A stretch of 64,000 nucleotides of DNA from Candidatus Hodarchaeota archaeon (lineage in GTDB: Archaea; Asgardarchaeota; Lokiarchaeia; Sigyniarchaeales; SOKP01), in contig JBHLKM010000002.1 in NCBI GenBank assembly GCA_048886685.1, forward strand, positions 135,532 to 199,531. The letters run 5' to 3'. A model generated the notes under the pieces. It did no database searches. It was not told where the DNA came from and was given only the letters and a program-made list of their open reading frames with translations. The first letter of the stretch is position 1. Each line of letters begins with the position of its first letter. Positions 1-9,634 of this stretch are shown one piece after another. The position numbers and the translations under genes are program-made.

Positions 1-3
1 AAA

Positions 4-756
4 ATGGAATTAGTTGATATATTGCAAGGCAGTTTTTCTCTTATTTTTGTAGTCATTTCTTTAATAATAGGATTAACTATTCTCTCGAAATATTTTGAAC
101 ATAAGAATCGATTGTTTATTTTGGTTGGAATTTCTTGGATGGGCGTAGCCAATCCTTGGATCCCTGACTCGGTCTCATTCTTAATGCAACTCATTGTTCA
201 GGAATGGCTACCAAGAGGATGGTATTTTATCATTGGAAATGTATTTATCCCTATTGCCCTTTTAACTTGGTTAATCGCATATACAGATATGATTAAAAGA
301 AAAGCACAAAAGAAAGTAATATTAATTACAATTATTCTTTCAATAATATTTGAACTTATATTCTTTCTTCTGTTCTTTGCAGATTTGGATTTAATAGGTG
401 AAATTAATCCCGAAAGACCTTTTACTGTTGATTTTGGAATTTTTATAACTATCTATTTAATGGTGGTTATTTTAGTTATGGTAATAACGGGGGTAAACTT
501 CGCCCAAAAATCAGTTAAATCAGATGATCGAGAAGTAAGGCTAAAGGGAAAATTACTCCGTGCTGCTTTCTCTACTTTTACCGTGGCTGCTATATTTGAT
601 TCTATACTTGGAGCAATATTCGAGGATCCTACTGATCCACTTCTAGCGATTATGGTTGTAATTGTCCGCATATTGCTAATTTTTAGTGCATTAGAGTTCT
701 ATGGGGGTTTTCTTCTCCCTAGATGGATGAAAGAGATTTTTACCAAGAAGGAATGA
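4..756 (+). CDS. Multi-pass (about 7 TM) membrane protein of unknown function
   Basis: 250 aa with about 7 hydrophobic helices; resembles 7TM hypotheticals common in Lokiarchaeia. Confidence 0.7.
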   Translation: MELVDILQGSFSLIFVVISLIIGLTILSKYFEHKNRLFILVGISWMGVANPWIPDSVSFLMQLIVQEWLPRGWYFIIGNVFIPIALLTWLIAYTDMIKRKAQKKVILITIILSIIFELIFFLLFFADLDLIGEINPERPFTVDFGIFITIYLMVVILVMVITGVNFAQKSVKSDDREVRLKGKLLRAAFSTFTVAAIFDSILGAIFEDPTDPLLAIMVVIVRILLIFSALEFYGGFLLPRWMKEIFTKKE

Positions 757-790
757 TATCTCTTTATTCCTTTTTTTAATAATCATTGAG

Positions 791-1483
791 TTAAGTAGTT
801 AAAATTGAAGTATCTGAAAATTTTTTATCGATTGGGGCCTTTCCGTCCCCATATATGTGATAGAGTCCAGTTCTTCGAGCAATCTCATAAAAACTACGAT
901 ATATATCTTTTTCTTGTTCAGGTAAAGCACAAGTTTTATAAACTAAAGGATTCCATATATATAATTCATGTTTAGGATCATACCATAGATTCTCCTGTTT
1001 TAAAATCTGGATAAAATCATTATCATCGATTATATTTCGAAGATCTTGTTTATTTAACATAATTATAAGTGGGATTTCTTTAATGAGTCTCTGATTTGTT
1101 ATACTTTTTAATTCTAATAAGAATTCAATATTATCTTCAAAATATTTAACTTGGGAATCAGCCACAAAAATTACAGAATCAGTTTCTGCATCAAGCTTAT
1201 TAAATACTTTAGTTCTTAATGAACTGAAACCCTTTTGACCCGCTACCGTATAAACTCTGTAATATACAGTCCTCTTCTTAGTCGATTGAAAAATTCCTCG
1301 ATCAAAATAAAGAGTCGCACCACTTGTCTTATCAATTTTTTGTAATTCAACTACAGGAATCAGTTCTCTTTTACCTTCCTTAGTCAAATTGTAAAGAGTT
1401 TCTAAGATAGTGGTTTTTCCTGATCCCGCCATACCATAGTATACAACCTTAAGAAAGATGTTACCATCTTTATATTGAACCAT
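791..1483 (-). CDS. MglA-like small GTPase
   Basis: KVVYYGMAGSGKTT (G1), TLYFD (G2), YTVAGQ (MglA-type G3), IFVADSQ, LNKQD (G4). Confidence 0.85.
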   Translation of the reverse strand: MVQYKDGNIFLKVVYYGMAGSGKTTILETLYNLTKEGKRELIPVVELQKIDKTSGATLYFDRGIFQSTKKRTVYYRVYTVAGQKGFSSLRTKVFNKLDAETDSVIFVADSQVKYFEDNIEFLLELKSITNQRLIKEIPLIIMLNKQDLRNIIDDNDFIQILKQENLWYDPKHELYIWNPLVYKTCALPEQEKDIYRSFYEIARRTGLYHIYGDGKAPIDKKFSDTSILTT

Positions 1484-1670
1484 TCAACAATCTCCAGGTC
1501 TTAAAGAAAATTTAACTCGAAAAGATATAACTAAAGAATATATAAAAATTTTCAAAATTAAAGATTTTGCACTTTAATATTATTTTTTCAAATCCAATAT
1601 TTTTTTTACAATGAAGAATGATTCTCAAATAGAATAAGTAATTATTTTATAAATTAAAAAACTCGAAATC

Positions 1671-2204
1671 ATGGATGTAGATTCTGACTCTGATTGGAAC
1701 TGGGAATTCTATAAGGAACTTGTTGATGATGTTGAAGATAATAAAAATATAATCCAATGCATTTCCTGCGGAAAATGCGTAGGAGATTGCCCTGCGGCTA
1801 AAGTGTCGAATTTTAACATAAGGAAGATCATCAGGAAAGTACTTCAAGGGGATAAAAGCGTTTTAAAAGATTCTGATATTTGGTATTGTTATTTATGTGA
1901 AAGGTGTAAAAGAGTTTGCCCAAAAGACAATATCAATATTCCACTACTCATTATTAATTTGAGGAACGAGAGTTTCAAGAAGGGATTTGGGCCGCGATAT
2001 AATGATTTAAGAAAGTATGTTGAAATGTCAGAACGGTTTCTAACATCTGGAGTTGTAGTTGAAGAACCCTTGGGTGAACCGCTTACAAAAGAAAGAATTG
2101 ATGAATTAAATGAAATTTGTAATTTTGCTAGAATAAAATATGTGTTTAAGGCAAGTAATACTAATAAGAATAAAAAGAAAAAGACAAAAAAAATCTTAAA
2201 ATAA
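1671..2204 (+). CDS. hdrC: Heterodisulfide reductase subunit C-like (2x[4Fe-4S])
   Basis: CISCGKCVGDCP and IWYCYLCERCKRVCP motifs; directly upstream of hdrB. Confidence 0.85.
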   Translation: MDVDSDSDWNWEFYKELVDDVEDNKNIIQCISCGKCVGDCPAAKVSNFNIRKIIRKVLQGDKSVLKDSDIWYCYLCERCKRVCPKDNINIPLLIINLRNESFKKGFGPRYNDLRKYVEMSERFLTSGVVVEEPLGEPLTKERIDELNEICNFARIKYVFKASNTNKNKKKKTKKILK

Positions 2205-2214
2205 TCAACTCACC

Positions 2215-3225
2215 ATGATAGAAAGCAATCTATCTCTAGATTTAGATGAAATAGAGAGAATTCATTCAGATAGCCCCCTAGACTTTTTCAAAGATAAAAG
2301 ACTCTGTCTATTTAAAGCTTGTTTAGAGAAATATTTTCCCGGTGTAAGATGGGGGATTCAAGACTTACTTGAAGAACTTGACTTGGAAGTAAGAATTTGT
2401 GATACCCAGTCTTGTTGTAGTGGAACTTTTTTCCAAAGGAATTTAATTACCCGAGCTCAATTTTCGACTATAAATGAAAGAAATCTGTACGAATTAAATC
2501 AACAGGCTGATGTTGTTTTATTTAGCTGTAATGGTTGTTATAACTCTCTTATGAGAGGGCGAGAATTTTTAAAAACCCCAGAAATAGCAAAAAAAACTAA
2601 CGAAATTTTAAATAGATTGAAGAAAAAAGTAGGAGCTAACAATCCAGGAAAATATCAAATCTTAGAAGAGCCAAAGGTGCGTTTTATCCATGATTTGGAT
2701 TTTTTCTATTTAATCAGAAATGATTTACTTAATTCTTTAAAATTTGATTTAAAAAATCTCAAGGTGGCTATTCATTATGGGTGTCATTACTTAAATTTAT
2801 CGAGAGATAAAAGAACGATTGAACCATATTTAAAGGATAAAACTAAATTAGATGATTTAATTAAATTATTTGGTGGAATTCCCGTAGAGTATCAAGAAAA
2901 AGAAAGCTGCTGTGGTTGGGGCGCCTCTCAACTGTTAATCAATCCTCGAGAGGCACTTAAAATCACATATGACAAATTAAAAAGCGCAGAAAACGTAGGT
3001 GCTGACTTTTTGGTCACCCCTTGTCCTACCTGTTTATACACTTTGAGTAAACCTGAATATAGAGAAAAAATACAAAAGTGGTATGGGAATAAGTTAGATA
3101 TTCCTACTATTCACTTAAATGAATTAATTGCAATTCTAAGGGGTTGTGAAGAAGAACGTTGTATTTCTTTAAAGGAAAAAACTCCTCGAATAGAAGAAAT
3201 ATTTCATATTATAACACAGGATTAA
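2215..3225 (+). CDS. hdrB: Heterodisulfide reductase subunit B-like (two CCG domains)
   Basis: QSCCSG...CNGC, HYGCHY, SCCGWG...TPCPTC motifs. Confidence 0.85.
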   Translation: MIESNLSLDLDEIERIHSDSPLDFFKDKRLCLFKACLEKYFPGVRWGIQDLLEELDLEVRICDTQSCCSGTFFQRNLITRAQFSTINERNLYELNQQADVVLFSCNGCYNSLMRGREFLKTPEIAKKTNEILNRLKKKVGANNPGKYQILEEPKVRFIHDLDFFYLIRNDLLNSLKFDLKNLKVAIHYGCHYLNLSRDKRTIEPYLKDKTKLDDLIKLFGGIPVEYQEKESCCGWGASQLLINPREALKITYDKLKSAENVGADFLVTPCPTCLYTLSKPEYREKIQKWYGNKLDIPTIHLNELIAILRGCEEERCISLKEKTPRIEEIFHIITQD

Positions 3226-3289
3226 TTAAATCTATTTTTGAGAAGTAACAATGGAAGAAATATGAAAAACTTTATTATTTCTCGAAGAC

Positions 3290-3427
3290 CTATTTCTCTT
3301 TAATTATGAGTTTATCAAAATGGTCAATCCAAAAAAATTCCTCACAGAAACCGAGAAGATCATCCAATTCTTTTTGTGTTATCTCTTTTCTTCTTCTATC
3401 AGAAACGGTTCTGATTATTCCTTCCAT
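3290..3427 (-). CDS. Putative 45-aa small protein (not in ORF track)
   Basis: ATG..TAG reading MEGIIRTVSDRRRKEITQKELDDLLGFCEEFFWIDHFDKLIIKEK; GTGA SD-like element upstream; fills an otherwise empty gap. Confidence 0.4.
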   Translation of the reverse strand: MEGIIRTVSDRRRKEITQKELDDLLGFCEEFFWIDHFDKLIIKEK

Positions 3428-3639
3428 AAAAATGTATCACTTCATTTTCTCTTATATTTTTTAAAATAGTTTTTTATAACAAAATGATATAGGTTATAAA
3501 AACCTTTATATTTGTATACAAAAAGAAAAAGTACATATTTAAACCTTTCCAATTTTACACAATTACGTTATTATTATAACGGATTATAATCTTTTTTTTA
3601 CCACAAATTTGTTGAGTTTAAATATGTGTAGAGATTTCT

Positions 3640-4035
3640 CTACATTTCTTCAATAGCGTACCTCGGACAACAGTCTAGACATAATAAACACCCTATACAG
3701 CGCTCATATGAGAATTCCAACCTTTCTTCGCTATTGAAATGTAAAGCATCTGTAGGACACAGAGAAATACAAGCTCCACAGTCAACACACAGCTCAATAT
3801 CAACTATCACGCGCCCCTTTTTGTTTACAATTATATTACTTTTTATGAGTGACTCAGTTATAGTTTTCACTTTTTCTTCAGGAATATCCAATAATAAATT
3901 TATCCCTGCTGAACCTGTTGAAAATTTTAATATATTAAAAGTTATATCGTGTTTTAGTATATCATTGACAATTTTCGAATAATCATCAATATCCTTAACT
4001 AATCCGAAGGGGATGGATATATTAATTATTGTCAT
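3640..4035 (-). CDS. NIL domain + 2x[4Fe-4S] ferredoxin (MA1822-like partner of aspartate-semialdehyde sulfurtransferase)
   Basis: N-terminal NIL-like region, CVDCGACISLCP and CIGCLLCLDCCP; 3 nt downstream of the DUF39-CBS gene. Confidence 0.85.
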   Translation of the reverse strand: MTIINISIPFGLVKDIDDYSKIVNDILKHDITFNILKFSTGSAGINLLLDIPEEKVKTITESLIKSNIIVNKKGRVIVDIELCVDCGACISLCPTDALHFNSEERLEFSYERCIGCLLCLDCCPRYAIEEM

Positions 4036-4038
4036 CTT

Positions 4039-5511
4039 TTACATCAACTCCTCCGAAGTGATTATTCCGACTACTTTTTTATTTTCATCAATGACAGGTA
4101 AAGCAGAAATATTGTTCTGTCTCATTTTTCTTGCGGCATTTCCGATCGGCTCATCATTGAATGTGGTAATTACACGTTTGGTAATAATTGAATTTAGATC
4201 ATTTTTTTCGTTTGCAATTGCTTTAGTAATATCGAAACTTGTTACAATCCCCTTTAAATAATTTTCTCTGTCAGTTATTACAATATGATTAACATTTTCT
4301 CTAATTATTTTTTGGGCGACCTCTTTAATATCACAATCTTCATAACAGATTTCCGCCTTTTTCTTCAAATCTCTTACAAATTTTAATTTTTGAATTTGTT
4401 TCATTGGCTTAAAGACAGTATCCGTTGGTAATGTTTCTGCAGGAGGATTTAAATAGAACTTTCCCTCCTGAATCCATTCTTTGAGTGTATTAGCAATTTT
4501 ACGAGCATAATAGAAAGAGGATAACGATGAACACTTGACTTTTTTACCATCCAAGTCTATAAATTCATTTTTCAATTCTTTATAGCTTATTTGTCTCAGT
4601 TTTGGGCGATCTCTCCTTGGTATTCCATAATCTACAATATCGGTAAAAATTTCCTCATCACTAATTGAAGTTTTTTTCGCTAAGCCTTCATTTAAAATGG
4701 GTATAGGTATTCCAAGACCAACAAATAAAGAAGTACCATAATTTTCATAAGAAACACCCCGTAAATATTCATCACTCATTTGCTTTAAATCACCCTTAAC
4801 AAATAAAGTTCCAAATTGATTGGCTGGACTATGTTGAGTACCTTCACCAATTATATACCCGATCCCCCCACCTAGAAATATCCTAGTTCCAATTCCTATA
4901 GTTTCATAATCAAGATCGTTATTTAATGGACTTAAACATCCAGCTCCAGCATAATGAGCATTTCCATAATGAGGTAGTAATTTACCCATATAAGTATATA
5001 AAGTTTTATCAGAACTATTCACAGCACAAACATATCGCTGATATGCGTTTCTGGGGTTGCATAAAATTGCTTGATTTATCTCATCTATGGTAAATTCTGT
5101 ATCTATTTCTGCGAGGGGATAACAATCTGTTGTATAAGAATTACCTCTTAATCGTATAGGCTTTCCCGCGACAAGGTCTTCAATCATATGACCACCACCA
5201 TATTCAAAACGTTTTACTTCTGATAGTCTAGTACACCCAATATAACAATCAACAGCAGCATTCCCATGATATGCATGTACGTCATTTAGCCATAAGTGCT
5301 CAAACTTAATGGGAGGATCAGAGTGCCCAAAATTCAAAAATGCTCCACTAGAACACATTGGACCGAAAGTACCAGTTGTTACAACATCGATCTCCTCAGC
5401 AGCAACTTTAACTCCATTATCTTCTACATATTTTACCATTTCTTCAGCAGTTAATACTACTACATCACCATTTTTAATTTTTTCATTAATTTCTGTATAT
5501 GTTTTAGCCAA
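4039..5511 (-). CDS. L-aspartate semialdehyde sulfurtransferase (homocysteine biosynthesis, DUF39 + CBS pair; MA1821-like)
   Basis: DVVTTGTFGPMCSSGAFLNFGH, YGGGHMIEDLV, NPRNAYQRY motifs; C-terminal CBS domains. Confidence 0.9.
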   Translation of the reverse strand: MAKTYTEINEKIKNGDVVVLTAEEMVKYVEDNGVKVAAEEIDVVTTGTFGPMCSSGAFLNFGHSDPPIKFEHLWLNDVHAYHGNAAVDCYIGCTRLSEVKRFEYGGGHMIEDLVAGKPIRLRGNSYTTDCYPLAEIDTEFTIDEINQAILCNPRNAYQRYVCAVNSSDKTLYTYMGKLLPHYGNAHYAGAGCLSPLNNDLDYETIGIGTRIFLGGGIGYIIGEGTQHSPANQFGTLFVKGDLKQMSDEYLRGVSYENYGTSLFVGLGIPIPILNEGLAKKTSISDEEIFTDIVDYGIPRRDRPKLRQISYKELKNEFIDLDGKKVKCSSLSSFYYARKIANTLKEWIQEGKFYLNPPAETLPTDTVFKPMKQIQKLKFVRDLKKKAEICYEDCDIKEVAQKIIRENVNHIVITDRENYLKGIVTSFDITKAIANEKNDLNSIITKRVITTFNDEPIGNAARKMRQNNISALPVIDENKKVVGIITSEELM

Positions 5512-5652
5512 AATAACACCTAATCTCTATAAAAATGATTAATTTAGAATAATTTTGTATTAATATAAATATTCGTTACTTAAATTATGCTTATGGAGCA
5601 TAAAATATTCACAAATTCTAGGCTATTAAAGAACTTAAAAGAGTTTCATAAA

Positions 5653-5946
5653 TTATACGTAGGGTATCCACATATACCTTAAAATACCATATAATCCATA
5701 CGAGTTATCTAAATTCTTGGTTGTTATCACTATAGTTAAAAAGTCTACAAGAGGACCTAACCACATTAAACCTATGAAGAATATCATTAAACCTAAATAA
5801 GAGAGTAATTTAATATTAAATTCTTTTGATTTGAAGAAAAAATATAACCCAATTGTAGTACTAAAGATAAGTGCTCTAAGAACCGTAAGGCCATTAAGTA
5901 AAATGTAATAAGAAAGTGCTATAAAGAATCTCCTAAATGAGATCAT
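5653..5946 (-). pseudogene. Truncated 7TM-family membrane protein remnant
   Basis: Only about 3 TM segments (GLMWLGPLVDF, YGILRYMW) of a family resembling 4..756, then an abrupt stop. Confidence 0.45.
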
Positions 5947-6078
5947 TTAAAACAATCAAATTTCAAGATTCATATGCATGGTTTAATTTTTAAAATTTTA
6001 AGTTAATATAAAACTCGCATATACAATAAACACATTTTTTCAAAAAACTTTTTAGCGTATTTATCATATGATAAAAAG

Positions 6079-6963
6079 ATGATGAATATAATGGATGATA
6101 TAACAATTAAAGAAGGATGGATGTATGGTGGTTGGAGAGCACCAGAGAACCTGTGGAGAGGATTAACAACTTCAATTCACGATGATAGCGTAGCGAAAAA
6201 AGTTGGTATGCGTGGAGGTACAATTCCGGGAACGATCCACTTGAGTTTGTTCGCGCCTGTAGCTCTTAAGATGTTTGGGGATAGATGGTTTGAGAAAGGA
6301 ACGTTAAGTATGTATTATACTTTTGCTACAACTGATAGAGAAGAAGTTAGGGCAGTTGTTAAAATGCCACCTGAGGGAGTTCAAGATGTTCAAGTAGAAG
6401 CTCGGGTAGAAATGCGTGATGGTAAAGTTGTTGCTACGGGAACACTAGCAGCAGGAGAACCAAAAGAATTATCTTACTTACAAGTTTTAGAACTTAAAAA
6501 CAGTGATCCTGAAGACTTACGCATTTTATCGGGATTTAAGGTAGGGGATGATCTCACGTCGCATGACGTATTAGTAACTCAAAAGGCTGCAGATCGAGGA
6601 TTAGAAGCTATAACTGATCATCTAGATTATTATAAAGGAAAATCACCATGGGGGAATTCTATATTATCACCCACTGCCACGTTTGGTGTTATGTCTCTAG
6701 GTTCTAACACATTAGATACCGCAAGAAGTAAAGGTGTGCCTTTTTATGGAGCTACTGAAATAAAAAATATTGCAGGACCAGTGATGGTTGGAATTCCATA
6801 TAAAGCTACTGGAAAAATTGTTTGTGTAGGTGTAAGCCGCAAGACAGAGTACTACTGGATTGATACTTTCTTAGAAGAAAAAGAAACCGGTAAAAAAATA
6901 GCTTCAATGCGCCACATGAATCGTTTTATGAAAGCTGGGTCTCCCCTTTATGAAAATCAGTAA
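6079..6963 (+). CDS. Double hot-dog fold protein (MaoC-like dehydratase/thioesterase)
   Basis: SIHDDSVAKKVGMRGGTIPGTIH hydratase-like motif; second hot-dog half with YKGKSPWGNSILSP. Confidence 0.7.
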   Translation: MMNIMDDITIKEGWMYGGWRAPENLWRGLTTSIHDDSVAKKVGMRGGTIPGTIHLSLFAPVALKMFGDRWFEKGTLSMYYTFATTDREEVRAVVKMPPEGVQDVQVEARVEMRDGKVVATGTLAAGEPKELSYLQVLELKNSDPEDLRILSGFKVGDDLTSHDVLVTQKAADRGLEAITDHLDYYKGKSPWGNSILSPTATFGVMSLGSNTLDTARSKGVPFYGATEIKNIAGPVMVGIPYKATGKIVCVGVSRKTEYYWIDTFLEEKETGKKIASMRHMNRFMKAGSPLYENQ

Positions 6964-7310
6964 ATAAGATTACAACCTCTCAGAAGCGTTCATTTGAATG
7001 AAATCTTCAGAAAAAAACCTTAAGTTTTATTATCTAGTTATATTTTTTTTTGAGTGTTCTAGGTATATAATATATTAAAAACGTATATTTTTGATACATA
7101 ACAAATTTTGTGGAGTGGAATCAAACTATAGATAATATTTTAGATTATTCTAATCACCCATAATTTTAAAAGGAATAATCTCCTTAGAAATTTTTGAAGA
7201 TACTTGAAAAAAATTGAAAAACCAGAAAATCTTATCAATTAAAAACAATTTGCTTTCTTAAATCATCAAAACCTATATATAATATAACATTTTATTTTGA
7301 TTCATATAAA

Positions 7311-9539
7311 ATGAAATTAAATTATAAGATTAAAATCATAACCTTTATAGTTTTATGGATTATTTCCACTTTACCTATTCTACTGAACAATAATCTTAAT
7401 TTAAATCGTCAAATCAATTCAGATGACCAAAATTTAAAAGTATCAAAAATATCAAGTAAAATTGATATTCATGGTAATTCAGAATGGGTTGATTTTAGAA
7501 ACGCAGGGAATTGTTCTGGTTCAGGTACTTATTCCGATCCGTATGTTATAGAAGATTTAGAAATAAATGGCTTTTTTTCGGGGAGTTGCATTACGATTAG
7601 TTTCTCAGATGTATATTTTAAGATTGAAAACTGTACCCTTTACAATTCGGGTTCAGTATGGGGTGATGCAGGAATCCTTATAGTCACAACTAAAAATGGT
7701 CAAATAATAAATAACACAGTATATAACTCTCTTAATGGTATATTTATGAGTGATAGCAATAAGACAGAAATTTCAAGAAATATCTTATTTAACAACAATG
7801 ATGCTGGAATACAATTATGGCATTGTTTAAATAATAAGATCTTAGAAAATTATTTATCAGAGAATATATTTGGTATGTACTTAGCTGATTGTAGGTCTAA
7901 TACTATCTCGGGAAATGAAATTGATAATAACGCTTATATAGGGATAACTTTAACAGAAAGTAGTGCTAGGAATAAAATCCTCTCAAACACAATTACTAAT
8001 AATGATTATGGAATTATCTTAGATGTTGGAACTAAATGCAACAAAGTCTCAAATAACTTTTTTAGCGAAAATAATAATGATATACAAGATTTTCAAGATG
8101 AGTGTCCTAGAGTGAACAATTTACCTCTTATAATTGGATTAATATTAGGGATCTCAGGTATAATAATTATCACAGGGATTCTTATTTTAAGAAAAAGTAA
8201 ATCTAAACGTAGGGTTGTTTTAAAAGAAAAACCATTAGAATTGGAAGTTTTAAAAGAAAAAGTAATTGTAGTTTCTCCTGAAGAAATACCAGAAGAGGAA
8301 AAAGTCTTAGAACAAGAGATTGAGGTTGCTTCAGAAGTAATATCCGAAGTGGAACAAGCTTTAGAAGAGGAAAAAGGGATTACGTTAAAAAAAATACCAA
8401 TGGAGAAAAAAATGGTAGAAGAAGAAATCGTAAGTATCCCTGAGGATATTCCAATAGAGGAGGATGTTTTAGAAAAGGAAGTAGCATTACCTCCAGAAGA
8501 ACCATCAAAAGAGGTAAAGGTTTTACAACGAGAGGTTGAGGTTGTTCCAGATGAAATACCAGAGGAAGAAAAAGTGATTTCTCAAGAAAAATTATTAAAA
8601 GAAGAAGGGGTTTTAGAAGAAGAAATTACAGCTAAAACCTTTCACATATTAGAACCTCCTGAACTCATTGAAACTCTCGAAAGGCATTTAATGGGGGTAA
8701 CATCGACGGTATTCTCTCCAGATGGAAAATATATTATAAGTGGTTCGAAAGACAGGACAATAAAAGTTTGGGAACTACCTACTGGTAAACTTATAAAAAA
8801 TCTCGGAGAACATGGAAAATACATAACCTCATTAGCTGTTTCTTCTGATGGAAAATATATAATCAGTGGATCAAATGATAAAACTGTGAAAGTATGGGAA
8901 CTTTCCACAGGAACGCTTATTCATACTCTCAAAGGGCATACTTTTTACGTTTTATCTGTAGCAATCTCTCCCGATGGAAAATATGTGGTCAGTAGCTCTT
9001 TTGATAAAGAGATTAAAGTATGGGATTCAACGACAGGGAACCTTGTAAATACACTCAGAGGGCATAGGAAAGAAGTAGGTTCAGTTGCAATCTCTCCTGA
9101 CAGTAAATATATCGTAAGCGGTTCCAACGATAAAACCATAAATATATGGGATCTTCAGAGTGGAGAGATAGTTAGAACAATCAGTGGTTATAAGAAATAT
9201 GTTAGATCAGTAACAATCTCTCCCGATGGAAAATATATAATTTGTGGTTCAAATGATAAATCCATAAAAGTTTGGGAAATGTTGACAGGAAATCTTGTGA
9301 GGACCCTTGAAGGACATACTATGTATGTAATGTCTGTTGCTATTTCCCCTGATAGTTATTATATAGTCAGCGGCTCATTTGATAAGGATATTAAAGTTTG
9401 GGATTTCTCAACTGGGAAGCTTTTAGCGACACTCGAAGGGCACAAAAAAGAAGTAGACTCGGTTGCGATCTCTCCTGAAAGTAATTATATTGTCAGTGGA
9501 TCAAATGACAAAACGATTAAAATTTGGAAACTTAGATAA
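7311..9539 (+). CDS. Membrane protein: extracellular NosD/pectin-lyase beta-helix, TM helix, acidic linker, 7-bladed WD40 domain
   Basis: N-terminal hydrophobic anchor, GSGTYSDPYVIE, Asn-rich PbH1 repeats, TM LIIGLILGISGIIIITGILIL-RKSK, Glu-rich linker, seven GH...SGSxDKTIKVW repeats. Confidence 0.85.
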   Translation: MKLNYKIKIITFIVLWIISTLPILLNNNLNLNRQINSDDQNLKVSKISSKIDIHGNSEWVDFRNAGNCSGSGTYSDPYVIEDLEINGFFSGSCITISFSDVYFKIENCTLYNSGSVWGDAGILIVTTKNGQIINNTVYNSLNGIFMSDSNKTEISRNILFNNNDAGIQLWHCLNNKILENYLSENIFGMYLADCRSNTISGNEIDNNAYIGITLTESSARNKILSNTITNNDYGIILDVGTKCNKVSNNFFSENNNDIQDFQDECPRVNNLPLIIGLILGISGIIIITGILILRKSKSKRRVVLKEKPLELEVLKEKVIVVSPEEIPEEEKVLEQEIEVASEVISEVEQALEEEKGITLKKIPMEKKMVEEEIVSIPEDIPIEEDVLEKEVALPPEEPSKEVKVLQREVEVVPDEIPEEEKVISQEKLLKEEGVLEEEITAKTFHILEPPELIETLERHLMGVTSTVFSPDGKYIISGSKDRTIKVWELPTGKLIKNLGEHGKYITSLAVSSDGKYIISGSNDKTVKVWELSTGTLIHTLKGHTFYVLSVAISPDGKYVVSSSFDKEIKVWDSTTGNLVNTLRGHRKEVGSVAISPDSKYIVSGSNDKTINIWDLQSGEIVRTISGYKKYVRSVTISPDGKYIICGSNDKSIKVWEMLTGNLVRTLEGHTMYVMSVAISPDSYYIVSGSFDKDIKVWDFSTGKLLATLEGHKKEVDSVAISPESNYIVSGSNDKTIKIWKLR

Positions 9540-9634
9540 TTGTGTTTATGTGTTAATTTTTCAATAGAGCTCGCTTTTTGTTTTTTGCATTTTAATTCGG
9601 AATGATTTGAACTCTTGGAGGTTTTTACTAGATT

